The notes beneath the pieces are model-generated. The model ran no database searches. It worked only from the letters and a program-made list of their open reading frames with translations, and had not been told where the DNA came from. The position numbers and the translations under genes are program-made. A DNA stretch of 64,000 nt from Podarcis pityusensis (Eukaryota), in assembly GCA_964106645.2 (NCBI GenBank), contig OZ067039.1; one strand, written 5' to 3'. Shown one piece after another: positions 38,484 to 50,429 of this stretch (within the stretch, counting starts at the first letter, position 1; each line of letters begins with the position of its first letter).

Positions 38484-38850
38484 GGGTGGCTCTGTGGTCT
38501 AAACTGAGCCTCTTGGGTTTGCCGATCGGAGGGTTGGCAGTTCTAATCTGCGTGACGGGGTGAGCTCCCATTGCTCTGTCCCAGCTTCTGCCAACCTAGC
38601 AATTTGAAAGCATACCGTCCTGAGTAGATAAATAGGTACTACTGCGACAGGAATGTAAACAGTGTTTCTGTGCACTCTGGCTTCCGTCACTGTGTTCTGT
38701 TGCGCCAGAAGCATTTTAGTCATGCTGGCCACATTACCCAGAAAGTTGTCTGTGGACAAACACCGGCTTCCTTGGCCTGAAAGCGAGATGAGCGCTGCAC
38801 CCCATAGTTACCTTTGACTGGACTTAACCATCCAGGGGTCTTGTACCTGT
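38484..38850 (+). mobile_element. Sauria SINE, older or different subfamily
   Basis: Reverse-complement homology to 29319-29669 (gacggggtgagctccc, gtagataaataggtac, tagtcatgctggccaca, agcgagatgagcgc). Confidence 0.88.
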
Positions 38851-40322
38851 CCCGTTCTAGACAGTAATCTGACAACAACATTTTGAGTCAGCTGAAGCTT
38901 CTGCATCTTTTTCTGCGGCAGCCCACTTGTTCTACATTACAGTAGTCCTGTCTAGATGTTACTAAAATGTGAATGACTTGCTAGAACAGCTTTCTTTAGG
39001 GAAGTTAGGTCAAAGGCACTCCTAGTCATACAGCCACCTAATTAAGCTCACCAGTTCTAATGCTGGCATTTTACGTGCAAGAGTAAATTGGAACAAAAGC
39101 ACTAGGTTCAGCCATTTAAAATTAAAAGGCAAAAAGACAGTCTATGACTTGGCAGCACAGCATGTCATTCCTTGAGTTGTTTTTTTCTTTTTTTTAAGGC
39201 ATTCACATTAACACACAGCCTGCCTTTTATGTAAAATGTTATGTGGCAATTTGAGGTGTCTCGCCTAACTTGGTCGATGCAGTTGTTGGCCAATCACAAG
39301 TACCTTTTTTGCGGGCACTTCCATGGGCACTGCCCTGATGCAGCATCGATAGAGGCATATATAAAGGTAAGGGATGCACACAGCATCTGGCAGAAACGCT
39401 GCAGTGATAAGTCTGAATTAAGGAGTGAATGGACTACTTATCCCAAATGAGCCAAGGAAGCTGCCCCAAAGGCCTTATCTGAGAGGCACCTGGAGGCAAC
39501 ATATTATAACAAACATGCTTGCCCTTTAAACTAGAGAAATAGTAGAAGGAGCTACAATAGAAAATCTACTCTACATACCTTCACATACCTCCTTCCTTTT
39601 GAGCTCTGAGACTGTCAAATCAAATTTTTTTTTTTAATATAACATAGAATTCTTTCCCCTTTCATCAATGATTAGCAGCATTTACTGAAATCCCTGCTCC
39701 CCTTGGAATGCATGCCTGTCTAAACCTTTCAGGCTTGCCTGCATGGCTGCTAAATAGCTCTGTAAAAACAGCTTTGTTGTTTGGTAAGGAACTGTGGAGT
39801 GGCACACCTGCTACTGATGGAAGCTGTTCTAATGGTCAAGCAGGGCTGGAAAAAACCCAGACACTTTGATTGCCCAGGATCCTAACTTCTGATGCCATCA
39901 CTAGCAATTTTCTGTATTCAGCTCTGTGCAAGACTGATTCCTAGAAATTTAATACTCCCCCCCACCCGAACTGGTCAGGTACCCCCCCAGCCCTGAAAGA
40001 GATCTCTGGATGATGTGATTTTATTTTTTTTTATTTTATTTTTGCCCCAGTTGCCTTTAGGTCAAAACAGCAAGCTATCCTAATGTGGTTGCAAGGCAAG
40101 TTGTCTCCATTGCATGCAGCAATTGAAGAAAGGCGTACCAGATATGGAGAGTGTAGCTTGAGGCTGCTTCATTAGCAAAGTGAGGTGCTTAGACAGGATA
40201 TATTTAGAGATTCTTCTGCTTGTTTACAGAGTTAAATATATGTTGTTGTAGGAGTGATCTGGGAGGAAAAAAGTACCTGTCCTTTCAAGATCATAGGAAG
40301 ATACAGACCTTTTTTATATATA

Positions 40323-41095
40323 CCGTATTTTTCGCTCTATAGGACGCACTTTTTCCCCTCCAAAAATGAAGGGGAAATGTGTGTGCGTCCTATGGAGCGA
40401 ATGCAGGCTTTCCCGGGCTTCTTGCAGCTCCGCGCCACCCTCCAGACCCCCGCGCGAAGCCGCGCGGGGCTCCGGAGGGTGGCGCGGAGCTGCCTGCGCC
40501 CCAGGGCTTCCTGCAGCTCCGCGCCACCCTCCCGATCCCGGCGCGAAGCCGCGCGGGGCTCCGGAGGGTGGCACGGAGCTGCCTGCGCTCCAGGGCTTCT
40601 TGCAGCTCCGCGCCACCCTCCAGACCCCCGCGCGAAGCCGCGCGGGGCTCCGGAGGGTGGCGCGGAGCTGCCTGCGCCCCAGGGCTTCCTGCAGCTCCGC
40701 GCCACCCTCCCGATCCCGGCGTGAAGCCGCGCGGGGCTCGGGAGGGTGGCGCGGAGCTGCCTGCATTCCGAAGCCTGGTGCGCACTGAAGAGCGCGCCCG
40801 GGCTTCGCGCACCTCTCCACAAGCCTGGGGAGACCGGCTCGGTTCCCTAGACTTGCGGATAGCAGGCTGTTCTGGGGGCTGGGGTCGGGGGAAGCTCGGG
40901 CTTCCCCCGCGCCTGCCCCGTGCCTGGGGAGGGAATTTTTTTTTCTTTATTTCCCCCCCCCAAAAAAAATAGGTACCTTGAACGCACCTTGTTTTAGAGG
41001 GAGAGAACAAGAAAAAAAATTTTTTCCCTGTTCTCCCCCTCCTATGATCCGGTGCGTCCTATGGTCCGGTGCGTCCAATGGTGCGAAAAATACGG
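40323..41095 (-). mobile_element. Tc2/pogo-like MITE family E copy 2 (inverted relative to copy 1) with a different internal array
   Basis: TA|CCGTATTTTTCGCTCTATAGGACGCAC...GTGCGTCCAATGGTGCGAAAAATACGG|TA. The first ~90 bp are the near-exact reverse complement of 17646-17735. Confidence 0.92.
40415..40765. repeat. Four 89-bp hairpin monomers, A/B alternating (178-bp higher-order unit)
   Basis: GCAGCTCCGCGCCACCCTCC recurs at 40424, 40513, 40602 and 40691. Monomers alternate AGACCCCCGCG / CGATCCCGGCG. Confidence 0.93.
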
Positions 41096-44000
41096 TAGAT
41101 CAGGCTATTCATCCAACTAGAGTAGTATGTCTCCTCTTGACTAGCATTGGCAAGGTCTTTTCAACTGCCTTTTGAATCTGGGACCCTCTCAGATGTTTTG
41201 CTAGAAGTACAGTACACTGTAGTGGTAACATCCAATTGGGAGCAGCTGCTGAACAGCTATGGCCTGACAGCTAGTGGGCATGTTACACTTACTGTACAGA
41301 GACCACTTGAAATGGTCTCTTGGTACTGCTGGGAAGGTGTGGAGCGTCTTCACATTAGCCACAGCCAGGAATGTGTTTTACATGTTACAACAGCAGGGCT
41401 AAGCAACCACATGGAGTCCACTTCCTAGTAAAAATGCAATGTCTAGACCAGCTGTCTCTAAATCCTGGCTACGTGAAGAAAAGCGAAAAGCAGCATGAGC
41501 ATTAGAAAGAACCACACAGGCCTCTTCTGAACCCAATATGCCAATCCAATGTAATGAGCATTGCTGTCCAGGACTCTTCTGCTTCCCTGATGACGCCTGC
41601 ATGTACCATGATGCATCATGACATGCATGTTCCTGAAGACAGGGCAAAATGATATGAAACCAGAGTGTCCCCCCCCGTGTTTGCATGTACTTCCTGTGAG
41701 GAAGGAGATCAGTGTGGGGACTTAGTAGGGAGAATATTTTTATTGGAAGGGCAGCACAAAGGTGGGAAGAAATTAAAAGATGGGGCAAGCTTCCCATTCC
41801 CTCTGTAACTGGTGGGCTCAAGGGTTTTTTTCAACATGGACATCTCTGTTAAAGTCTTTTGACAATGGGGTTATTTAATCCTCAAACTAGTGGCAATTAA
41901 TTTTGCAGCCAGAATCCAGACCACACTGGATATAATGAGGGGAGATTTTGGAAGGTTGCTTAAATGGCTGTGAGGACATTCTTTCTGCCGTTTGCAGGTC
42001 CCCTTTCTCTCCCTTTGGCTTAATAAAAACCACTCTCATCCACAGCTTACTGTTATCAGGTTGTTGGTGGAAAGTAATTAAATGAGCAGTCGTAACAGAG
42101 CTCAAAGGGCCTGCAGAATGAGGGGATTTTAATCAAATCTGGAGGAGCAATTAATAAAGAGCTTGTAACCCTTTAAGGCAGACTCCTGCTGTCAGTTTAA
42201 GAAGAAAATGGGTTATGACCAGTGTCTGGAACAAGGACAGGGCAATGCAGATGCCCCCAATATTTTTTTTATTAAACTAGGCTTCAACCAGCTGTGTGAT
42301 GATTATCTTCAAGAGGGTGATAGGTAGCTAGGAACGGAGATGCCTGAATGAGAGAGTGCTATGCCTTTTCACTGTTTGAAACTAGGTTTTGAATGCTGTA
42401 CCTAAATCATATCCGGCATGGCATATGACCCACCAAGTCAAATACTGCTCAACAGCCCTGCATAACAACCCACCTGGCACTTCATTCTTGCTTGTCTAGA
42501 CCCTGGAGGGAGGAATCAACTGATTGTAGATGAACAGGTTGTTCCTCACCAGTTCCCTTTCTGATGGGTGCTTTGTGCAGTGCCATTCTTTTATCCTAGG
42601 CTTTGCCAGCCTGGTGCTCTCCAGATGTTTTAAACTATAGCTCTCATCAGCTCCAGCCAGCTTGGTCAAGGTTTTAGGGCCCTCCAACAACTTCTGGAGG
42701 GCAGAGCACCACAGATGCTGTATAAAAGGAAGCTCAGTCTACTGTTCCTGGAGACCTCTGTGCTGATCATAGTAGGATAATAACAAACAGAAGATTAAAG
42801 TAACTCATCTGTCTCAGAAGCCAGTATAGTCTGTGCTGTAACTCCTTGAAGCTAGAGGGCAGCACAGAGGTTTAAGTGATGCCTTATGTACACTAAGATC
42901 CCATGTAAACGAAAACTGTGAACCACAATGCCAGCTTGTGGCCCTGCACTTGCTGTGTTTGTGTATGCTTGTCAATAAGTTCTTTTCCAGCTGAGAAGAG
43001 GAACAATTTCTGCAGCTTTGTAAAATACAGTCTGGGTGACTGTTCTGTTTTTGGTGTTGGGGGTTGTTCTTGGATCATGATTCATCTTGTTCTGATCCAT
43101 TCCTCTGCTTGGGTAATTAAACCCACATAGACGCTGATCCATGCATATTCTCCCATGAATCACACTTAGAAGGTACCCCGTTGATATTTAGTATTAAAAC
43201 TGAGCAAGTGCCCTATTGCCCAGAAGCCAGCTTTCATTCCATATTTTTGCTGGCTATCAAGACTATTGAGATCAGTAGCAGTCAAGAGTGCTGTGATAGA
43301 GATAGAGATCAAGAGAGGGGTATTGGTCTTTGGTGTAGTTCTCTCTCTCTCTCTTGTACACACAAATCTACATGCACAGAAGGCAGGTCTCAGCCTCCAC
43401 TGGTAGCTGGAGGTTTTCATAGCCACGGGGTCAACTTCAAGAGGGGAAATTAGGGGAAGGGAAGATTGCACTCGAGTTCAAAAGCCATCTGTAGACAGAA
43501 CTTAAAAGCAGCTTTGTTAGTAAGTGGAGGAAGGGGCTTTGCCTCCTGAACATCCCACATTGAAATGCAGGGGCTTGGTGGTAGAATCAAGAATAGTTCC
43601 ATTCTTCCACAACCAGTCTGCTGCATTTGTATGCTTGTGAAGGGGGAAGGTGAACAAGTTGGGGAAGGAGAGACATAGCTTGGAGATGGTCAGTTTCCCA
43701 AATATGCCATTTGAAGGTGGGGAATATGTATGCTACCCCACTCCCGTTGTCTGTGGAAGTGTTGGTTTCAGGCAAAATGGCTGTATAATGGCTAAGGAAT
43801 GACACACATCTTGAATATTACCATCCTAAGAGAGAGAGCCCTCAGACAGATTGTTGTAGTCCTGTCCCATGGAACCTGGGCTTGCTGGCACCTTGAAACC
43901 CTCTTCTCATGACATGCTCAGGGTGAGTGGGTGCATATACAAGGGAACAGGATCATAACGCCGGGCCCCACCTCCCTTCTGTGTTTCGTAGATACACAGC

Positions 44001-44970
44001 CTGGAGTATTTCTGTGCGTAGAACAGATTTGCAGCACCTCCTTTTAGCCCTGTTCCCAGGCTCCCGCTGTTTCCTTCCTCCCCCTTCGAAGCTGCCATGG
44101 CAGATTTTGCTTCTCAGCAGATGTTCAAAGAGGCTGCTCTGTGGTGGGGTCTGGACTAATAGCCCCCGTGCTTCATTTCCTAGGCACAGGGATGCCTCTG
44201 GGGAATGGAGAGGGACTTGAAAGCTTAAGAACAGGCCTCTGCATCCCCCCCTTCCCCCCTGCTCTGATCACCAGCCTCAAAGAAATAGCAGGACGCCTCA
44301 GTTAACACTGGGCTTAGAAAGAGCCTTGGGCTTTGACCTATATTTTGTTGACCCTTTCATGGCTCCTGATGGTGTTTGGGTTTTTAATGTGGTGATAGCA
44401 AGGCATGGGATCTGGGGAAATTATTTTAATCCATGATCAAAGCGTGGCTCCTGCCCTTCTGTTTCTTCCTCCCCTTCCTCCACCACATGCACAGAAACAG
44501 CAGGGTCCTTGTGAGGTTTCCCAAATCTTTTGTTGCCCTTCCCACCTTCCATCGTACCTGTAATTTAGCTTTTTGTAACATTTGGAGCTTCCTTTTTTGC
44601 CCATTCGTGGTCCTACACCTTTAGTAATTTCAGTATGAGCTCCTTCAAGACGGCAACCTCTGAATATGCAGTTCTACAGATATCTAACTATTCTGGATTT
44701 CTGCCAATTTTGTATCATTGTATACTTTGTGCCAATTAAAAAGTTGTGACTATGCCATGTTCTCCAACAGCAGAGGCAGCCAACATAGTGCCCTCCCGAT
44801 ATTGTTGGACCACAATTCCTATCATCCTGAAGGTTTTCAGCCAAGCTGACAGGATGTGTGTGATAGGAATCATAGAGAAGGGACAAAGGTTCATGCAGAT
44901 GATAAAGCCTTGAGTAGCCTGGAATTTCCTGATAGGAAAAATAATTTAACTGCCTGTCCTTGTCCCTCAG

Positions 44971-45071
44971 GTGACCCGTGTGCCAGTGGAGAGTTGTGAG
45001 CAATATACAACCTGTGCGCTATGTCTGGGCTCTAGGGACCCTCACTGTGGCTGGTGTGTCCTGCACAACAT
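44971..45071 (+). CDS. PLXNA1: Plexin-A1 coding exon (start of PSI-1 domain), 101 nt, phase 0-2
   Basis: Acceptor tgtccttgtccctcag| and donor AT|gtaagt. Translates to [33 protein letters not shown](I), containing the PSI motif C..C...DP.CGWC. In frame with the previous exon. Confidence 0.97.
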
Positions 45072-45459
45072 GTAAGTACCCAATGCCCTCTTCATATCCC
45101 TACAAGACTGACAATTGCAGGAAGCCTTCTTTCTTACTCCTTGAATGCTTTTGAAGCTGCATTAGCAAGAGCTGGTAGCTAAACTACAACTGCTGTTTTA
45201 ACATCCTTTAATATGAATTATGTGCATATGACAGAACACAAAAGTGACATAGTTTCTGCCCAGGACACTTACAGTCTGCATGAAATGGACAGGCTAGGAA
45301 TTGGGAGAGATTGGGGAGAGATAAGTGAGAATTGGGGATGAGGGAGAGGGAGGGGATAATTCAGGCATAGCAAACAACATGGCAGATGGCACAGGGTAGG
45401 GAGTAGACAAAGGTGGCAATATGAACTGGCAAGAGGTGAGATTGTATGGAGTATAGTTG

Positions 45460-45640
45460 TCATGGTGGCTATCCGTGTTCCAAAGCAGTATATGCCACTG
45501 AATACCAGCTGTTGGAGAGCAGCAGCAGGAGAGGGCAGTTTTCTTGAAGCTCTGTGTGCGGGTTTCCTGGAGGCTCCTGATTAACCACTGTAGGAAGACG
45601 AACACAGGACTAAATTGGCTTTTGGTCTGGCCTGTTCCAC
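45460..45640 (+). mobile_element. Old CR1 LINE 3' UTR fragment
   Basis: Degenerate reverse-complement match to 45650-45860 (catggtggctat, ctgaatacca, ggtttcc, cactgt, ggacta). Confidence 0.65.
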
Positions 45641-45649
45641 TAGAGGTAA

Positions 45650-45928
45650 TAAGAACATAAGAAGAGCCTGCTGGATTAGGCCAGTGGCCCACCTAGTCCA
45701 GCAACCTGTTCTCACAGTGACCAACTAGATGCCTGTGGGAAACCTGCAAGCAGGATTCAAGCACGAGAGCGCTCTCCCCCCCTGGAGCTTCCAGCAAGTG
45801 GTATTCAGAAGTATTGCTGTCTCCAGCTGTGGAGGCAGAGCATAGCCATCATGGCTAGTAGCCATGAATAGCTCTCTTCTCCATGAATTTGTCTAATCCT
45901 ATTTTAAGACATCTAAGCTGGTGGCCAG
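45650..45928 (-). mobile_element. CR1 LINE 3' end
   Basis: Begins with taagaacataagaa (reverse complement of the ttcttatg tail). Ends in ccatgaatttgtctaatcc..tttaa...atctaagctgg, the reverse complement of the CR1 ORF2 C-terminus (L..LK..LDKFME). Confidence 0.82.
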
Positions 45929-47012
45929 GACTGCCATGATCTTCTTGAGGAATTCCAAAAGGCAGATTTTGCCTTAATCAGGAACTCACCAAGATGTGTT
46001 TTTTTGGGGGGGAAGCCACTGTCTCTTACCCTTGGTTGACCTGACACACCCACACCCTGTCTGCAGTATGTGGATAATTATACTCATCTACCTCACAGGA
46101 TTGTTCTCAGGATTACTGTGATAATGTATGTGAAGTGCTTTTAGCGCTCATAAGAAGTGCTATAATTATGATTCTGTGATAAGGCATGACATATTTCCTA
46201 CAAGGAGATTATCTCTTTATAGGAAAATCCATGTATATCATTGTGTGAGGTATGGTGTGATCATTGTATTTTTTAAAATACTTTTATGAATGCCACGGGT
46301 TGAAGAAGCTGCTATCTCTACTGACTTCCCAACCTGTATAATAAACATTCATGACATGCTTTAAATATGCAAGGGGGAAGTGTGTCTGATGTGGCTCGTG
46401 GTTTGGTGTAAGCCTGAGGACTAGAAACCTTGTGAAGAGATTAGTAATAACTTTTGCAAGATATAATGAAAATAGATAAATTTTGGATCTGAAGCTTTTC
46501 TGTGACTTTCCATTTCTGGGCTCAACATATAATTCTGCAAAAACCATCATTCCCGGTCTGCAGTTTTTTCCCATTCACTTATCTTTTGAAGACTGCCCCC
46601 ACTCCTCTCTCCTGCAGCTTTGAGTATCTTTGCCAGAGATGCACTATTGGCAAATTAGCTGCTTTGCTTGGGTGACTAGTCTTGCAGAGGTCTCAACCTG
46701 GAATCTCATGACTTGAAGGGAGGGGAGCGGCAAAAAGTCCAGCTCAGCAGATTTCGCACTGACTGTACCAGTGTCTAATAGCAGTGTCCATTGCGGCTTC
46801 CGGTAGAGTCCCTTTCTTACCCTGCTGAGCTGACACGAGCCTTAATGTGGAACTGGACACTGCAGGAGACCAAGAAGTGAATTGGCTAGTCTTTGGCAGT
46901 CTGCATCAGGCAGGGGCAAGTGGGCCTTATCTGTCCAGCGTTGCCTCTACAGTCCATCTTACATGCTGCAGAGCTGATTGACAGCAGCCTGCTCCAAGCT
47001 ACCAGTTGTCTA

Positions 47013-47062
47013 GTGCACACACACATACGTGTGTGTGTGTGTGTGTGCACACGTGTACGCAT
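47013..47062. repeat. 50-bp uninterrupted alternating purine-pyrimidine tract, partly self-complementary
   Basis: gtgc(ac)n atac(gt)n gcacacgtgtacgcat. Confidence 0.88.
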
Positions 47063-48164
47063 TCTGAATATCAGGCATGTAGGGTAGTTTGAGATCTAAA
47101 AACGCAGCTTCCTGTCCTGAAAAGCAGCAGGAATCTTTCCCGCTCAAAGCATAGATGGACAAAAGCCATGCGTCCAAAAGAGAACTGCTCATGTATATAA
47201 TTGTCAGGCCTTTTTGTGAGAGACAGCATCATCTTAAGAGCATTGTGTGTGTTTTAGTAAAAAACCTGCTCTGAGTCCATTGAATGGCATGAAACAGAAG
47301 GCGACCATTCAAGTCCATCAGCCCTTGGATATGAAAACATCTTATTCTTGTCTTGCCTGTAGTTCAGAGGAAAACTTATTCAAATCTCCTTTAAACACAT
47401 ACCTACTTCTTGGCATGAAATGCCAAGGTCTCTGGCAATGGAATGTTTCTAGCTATGATGGCTGACAGCACCTAGCTGCAGATGCCACACTGCTCCCTGT
47501 TTGTCAGATGAGGAGAGAAGTCAAGGACTCTAGAGATTATTCCCTTTGACAACTGCCCTGATCTGCGGAGATCTGGAGAGGCTGTCTTTCTTCAGAACTG
47601 CAACCCAGGACCATCTGTCGAGCTGGTAATACCTTAGGAATGAATAGTAAGGAGTAATCCTGTTTTAGTTAGCTTGAGAAAGAGAATATGGGGGCTCTGC
47701 GTCTCTAAATATTAGCATGCAGTATGTCCCTTGCAGACCAACATCTATATACTGAACCCTCTCTCTCATTCTCTCCCTTTGCTAATATTTGGTCCTCTTC
47801 TGAAAATGGCTTGCACTTGCCATTTAGCTCCCTGCTAGTGATCTAATTTGGCCTGCGACCCAAAGGCCCTTAAACCCAGCAAATGGGCCTCCCCACATGG
47901 GAGCAGAGTTGCAACTTGGAATAGAAGGAATGAAACATCAAGGAAAAGGCATGGGGGAGGAGACGTTTCCTCTGGGCTAGAGGGAAAAACCTCCTCGGAA
48001 GCCGCCAAGTCCTGACTGTTTAGCCATGTGGAGCATTTTAATTAAACTCAGAAACATCTCTTTCCCTGAAGCACCTTGGGGAGATGGGTGGGATGCAGAA
48101 GTGGTTCAGGAACTCCACAGCGCGATGTCATGCTGGCACTTGCTCAGGAGATAAATCACCAAGA

Positions 48165-48325
48165 TTACCGGGACCTTGAAAGGCGCATGTGTATCTGCTC
48201 TTCTGTATTGCCCTCCGCTTAATTAAAATGCTTTTCCGTAATGAAATAATGTTATCGCAGATGCAGGGAGGAGAAATGAAGGAAACTCGTTTAAACTCAT
48301 TAAATGGAGGCAGCGTTACCTGGAT
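48165..48325. promoter_or_regulatory. Candidate intronic enhancer / conserved non-coding element
   Basis: Non-repetitive AT-rich block with several retained CpGs and multiple TAAT/ATTA cores (cttaattaaa, cgtaatgaaataatg, ctcattaaat). Based on motifs only. Confidence 0.3.
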
Positions 48326-48574
48326 AGAACAGTGCTCTGGGGGCAGGGGAGTGCCTCTCCCCCCCACCCCACCCTTGTAGTAAAGCAAGTGGGATGTGGG
48401 ATGGCTTCCCATAGGGCAGAAAGGAAAGTGAAGCAGAACTTCATCTAGGATAAATTAATGCAAGGGATTAGAAGTGCATGGAGCCAGGGTGGTGTAGCCT
48501 GTTAGTGGGAGAGCCCTGTGATAAGCAGATTTGAACATAACAATGCACAGGTACCTGCTTGCATCTCTGGCATA

Positions 48575-48806
48575 GAGTAGTGGTTGAGAGCCTGAGCTAT
48601 AAATTAGGAAATCCCTGGTTTGAATCTCACCCCTAGGTGGCCTTAGGCAAACCAGTCACAGCCTCAGTTTTTCTGCTTCCCCTATTTACAGTATGGGAGA
48701 TATCAATACTGGCTTATCCTACAAGTTTATTGTAAGTGTTACCGCTGGAAAACGTATGCGAAGTGCTCTGAACACTAGCAGGTGCCATACAAATGTTTAT
48801 TATTGT
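48575..48806 (+). mobile_element. MIR/CORE-type SINE relic
   Basis: A-box-like tagtggttgagagc, B-box-like ggtttgaatctc, core gcctcagttt, and a 3' end gaagtgctctgaacac...caaatgtttattatt. Related fragments at about 46058-46168 and 11660-11872. Confidence 0.65.
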
Positions 48807-50105
48807 TATCAGGCCATTAAGTGTTCTGAATAGGTTTTTAGTTTGGTTTATTGTGTTAGCTAAAGGCTTTAATAACCAGCATAGAATTCAGCTGCTATAT
48901 GTAGATGAAACAGATATCTCATAACAGTGCTGTCCAAATAAAAACAATGTCCATTTTAACTAATTTAGTTTGGACCAGAGAAATCAGTACTTCAAGTCAT
49001 TGGAGGGGGGGCAGGGGGAAAGAATATAAATAGTGATAAAAGTTAAAAAATAATGTGGTTTTTAAAAAGACTTGGTTTATGAAGAAAAGGGAACCGAAGC
49101 CTTTCAATTACCTGAGGCCAGAAGAGCAAAGCTGCTGCTTTTCCAACAATTTAATTGCAGTAATATGCAGATCTCATAACTAGATAATAGCTTTCTGACA
49201 GCAGAGAGAACTTTTTCTGATGCCATTGATATGTTATACTTTTTCACCCCACCACCAAGATTAATTTTCATAGTGGAAAAAGTAATGTGTAAAATAACCT
49301 TCAGAAGCCCAGTTTTTATTATTCAGATATGTTTTGAGACATTGAAGTACAATAGCAAACCGTTATTATACTGCCCTGCAACTAAACAAGATGTTTCTTT
49401 GTAGTGTTAGAACCTGCTTCAAGCACCAGAATACGATATAGAAATAAGAAGCTAAATTGCATGAGAGAGATGCTTACAGCAGGGATCACCAACGTAGTGC
49501 CTGTGAATGAGCCTGCAGAGGCCTTCCCTGGTGTCAACCAGATCCTCCCACCCACCCCAGCTCAAGTTCAGCTTGAAAGAAGCATTCTGTTGTGGCCAAT
49601 AGTATAGGTTGCGCCTTTGTCTCATTTCTGTAATGTAATCATAGACCCGAACAAAATAAAAGCAATGACCATAAAATAAAATGGGTTGTGATGCATATAT
49701 AGATATATGATACAATATGTCAGGAATATTAAAATGTGGAAATTAAAAGCAAGTCAAAAGGAATCTTATAAATAAATAACATAACATAACCAAATTAAAA
49801 ACTGTAACAGCAGCTGTACAGGATAGGTTTAACCAGGGGAGATTCTGCAGGCAGAAGGAGAAAACTAGTCATAATCTCTGTGGCTGGAAATCTTGAGAGG
49901 ATCTTGAGAAAATAGGAGTAACCAATCTAATTTGGTCATTAGAAGAGGTTGCTGCAGCTGTTGTGTGGCACCCAGAAACGTTTGCAAAAAAATAGGTAGC
50001 AAAGGAGCAAAGAGAGAACTTGGGGTGTTGAAGTAACACACACGTTACTGCTCATAACTTAAAACCACAACAGTGTAATGGATGCTGCCTTCTGCTTACC
50101 CACAG

Positions 50106-50229
50106 CTGCTCACGGAAGGACCGATGTGAAAGAGCTGATGAACCTCAGCGCTTTGCTTCAGATCTACGCCAGTGCGTCCAGCTCACCATCCAGCCCAAGA
50201 ACATATCGGTCACCATGTCAGAAGTCCCG
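50106..50229 (+). CDS. PLXNA1: Plexin-A1 coding exon (end of PSI-1), 124 nt, phase 2-0
   Basis: Acceptor ttctgcttacccacag| and donor CCG|gtaggt. Translates to (I)[41 protein letters not shown]. The phase completes the split Ile codon AT|C. Confidence 0.96.
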
Positions 50230-50429
50230 GTAGGTGGCTTAGCTTCACTTTGGTTGCCCTTGCTTAATACCAGTACATTTCTTTAGGATGTTGAGTCCAT
50301 CTGGAACTGTCTGGACTTGGGAGAAGGTGCACTATGTGGTCTTTGTTCTTAGATCTTTTGTCTTAATGAACCATGGAACAGGTGTTTGCTTGTTTTCTGT
50401 GTGTGACGTTCTCCTTCCTGTTCTCTCAG

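Noticed and set aside
40254-41010. Six overlapping ORFs of 140-206 aa
   Set aside because: Same artefact, from the 89-bp GC-rich array.
47508-47625. Cryptic exon (ctgtttgtcag|...ctg|gtaata)
   Set aside because: In the phase-2 intron it gives an immediate TGA and has no plexin similarity. There is no evidence for use as a poison exon.
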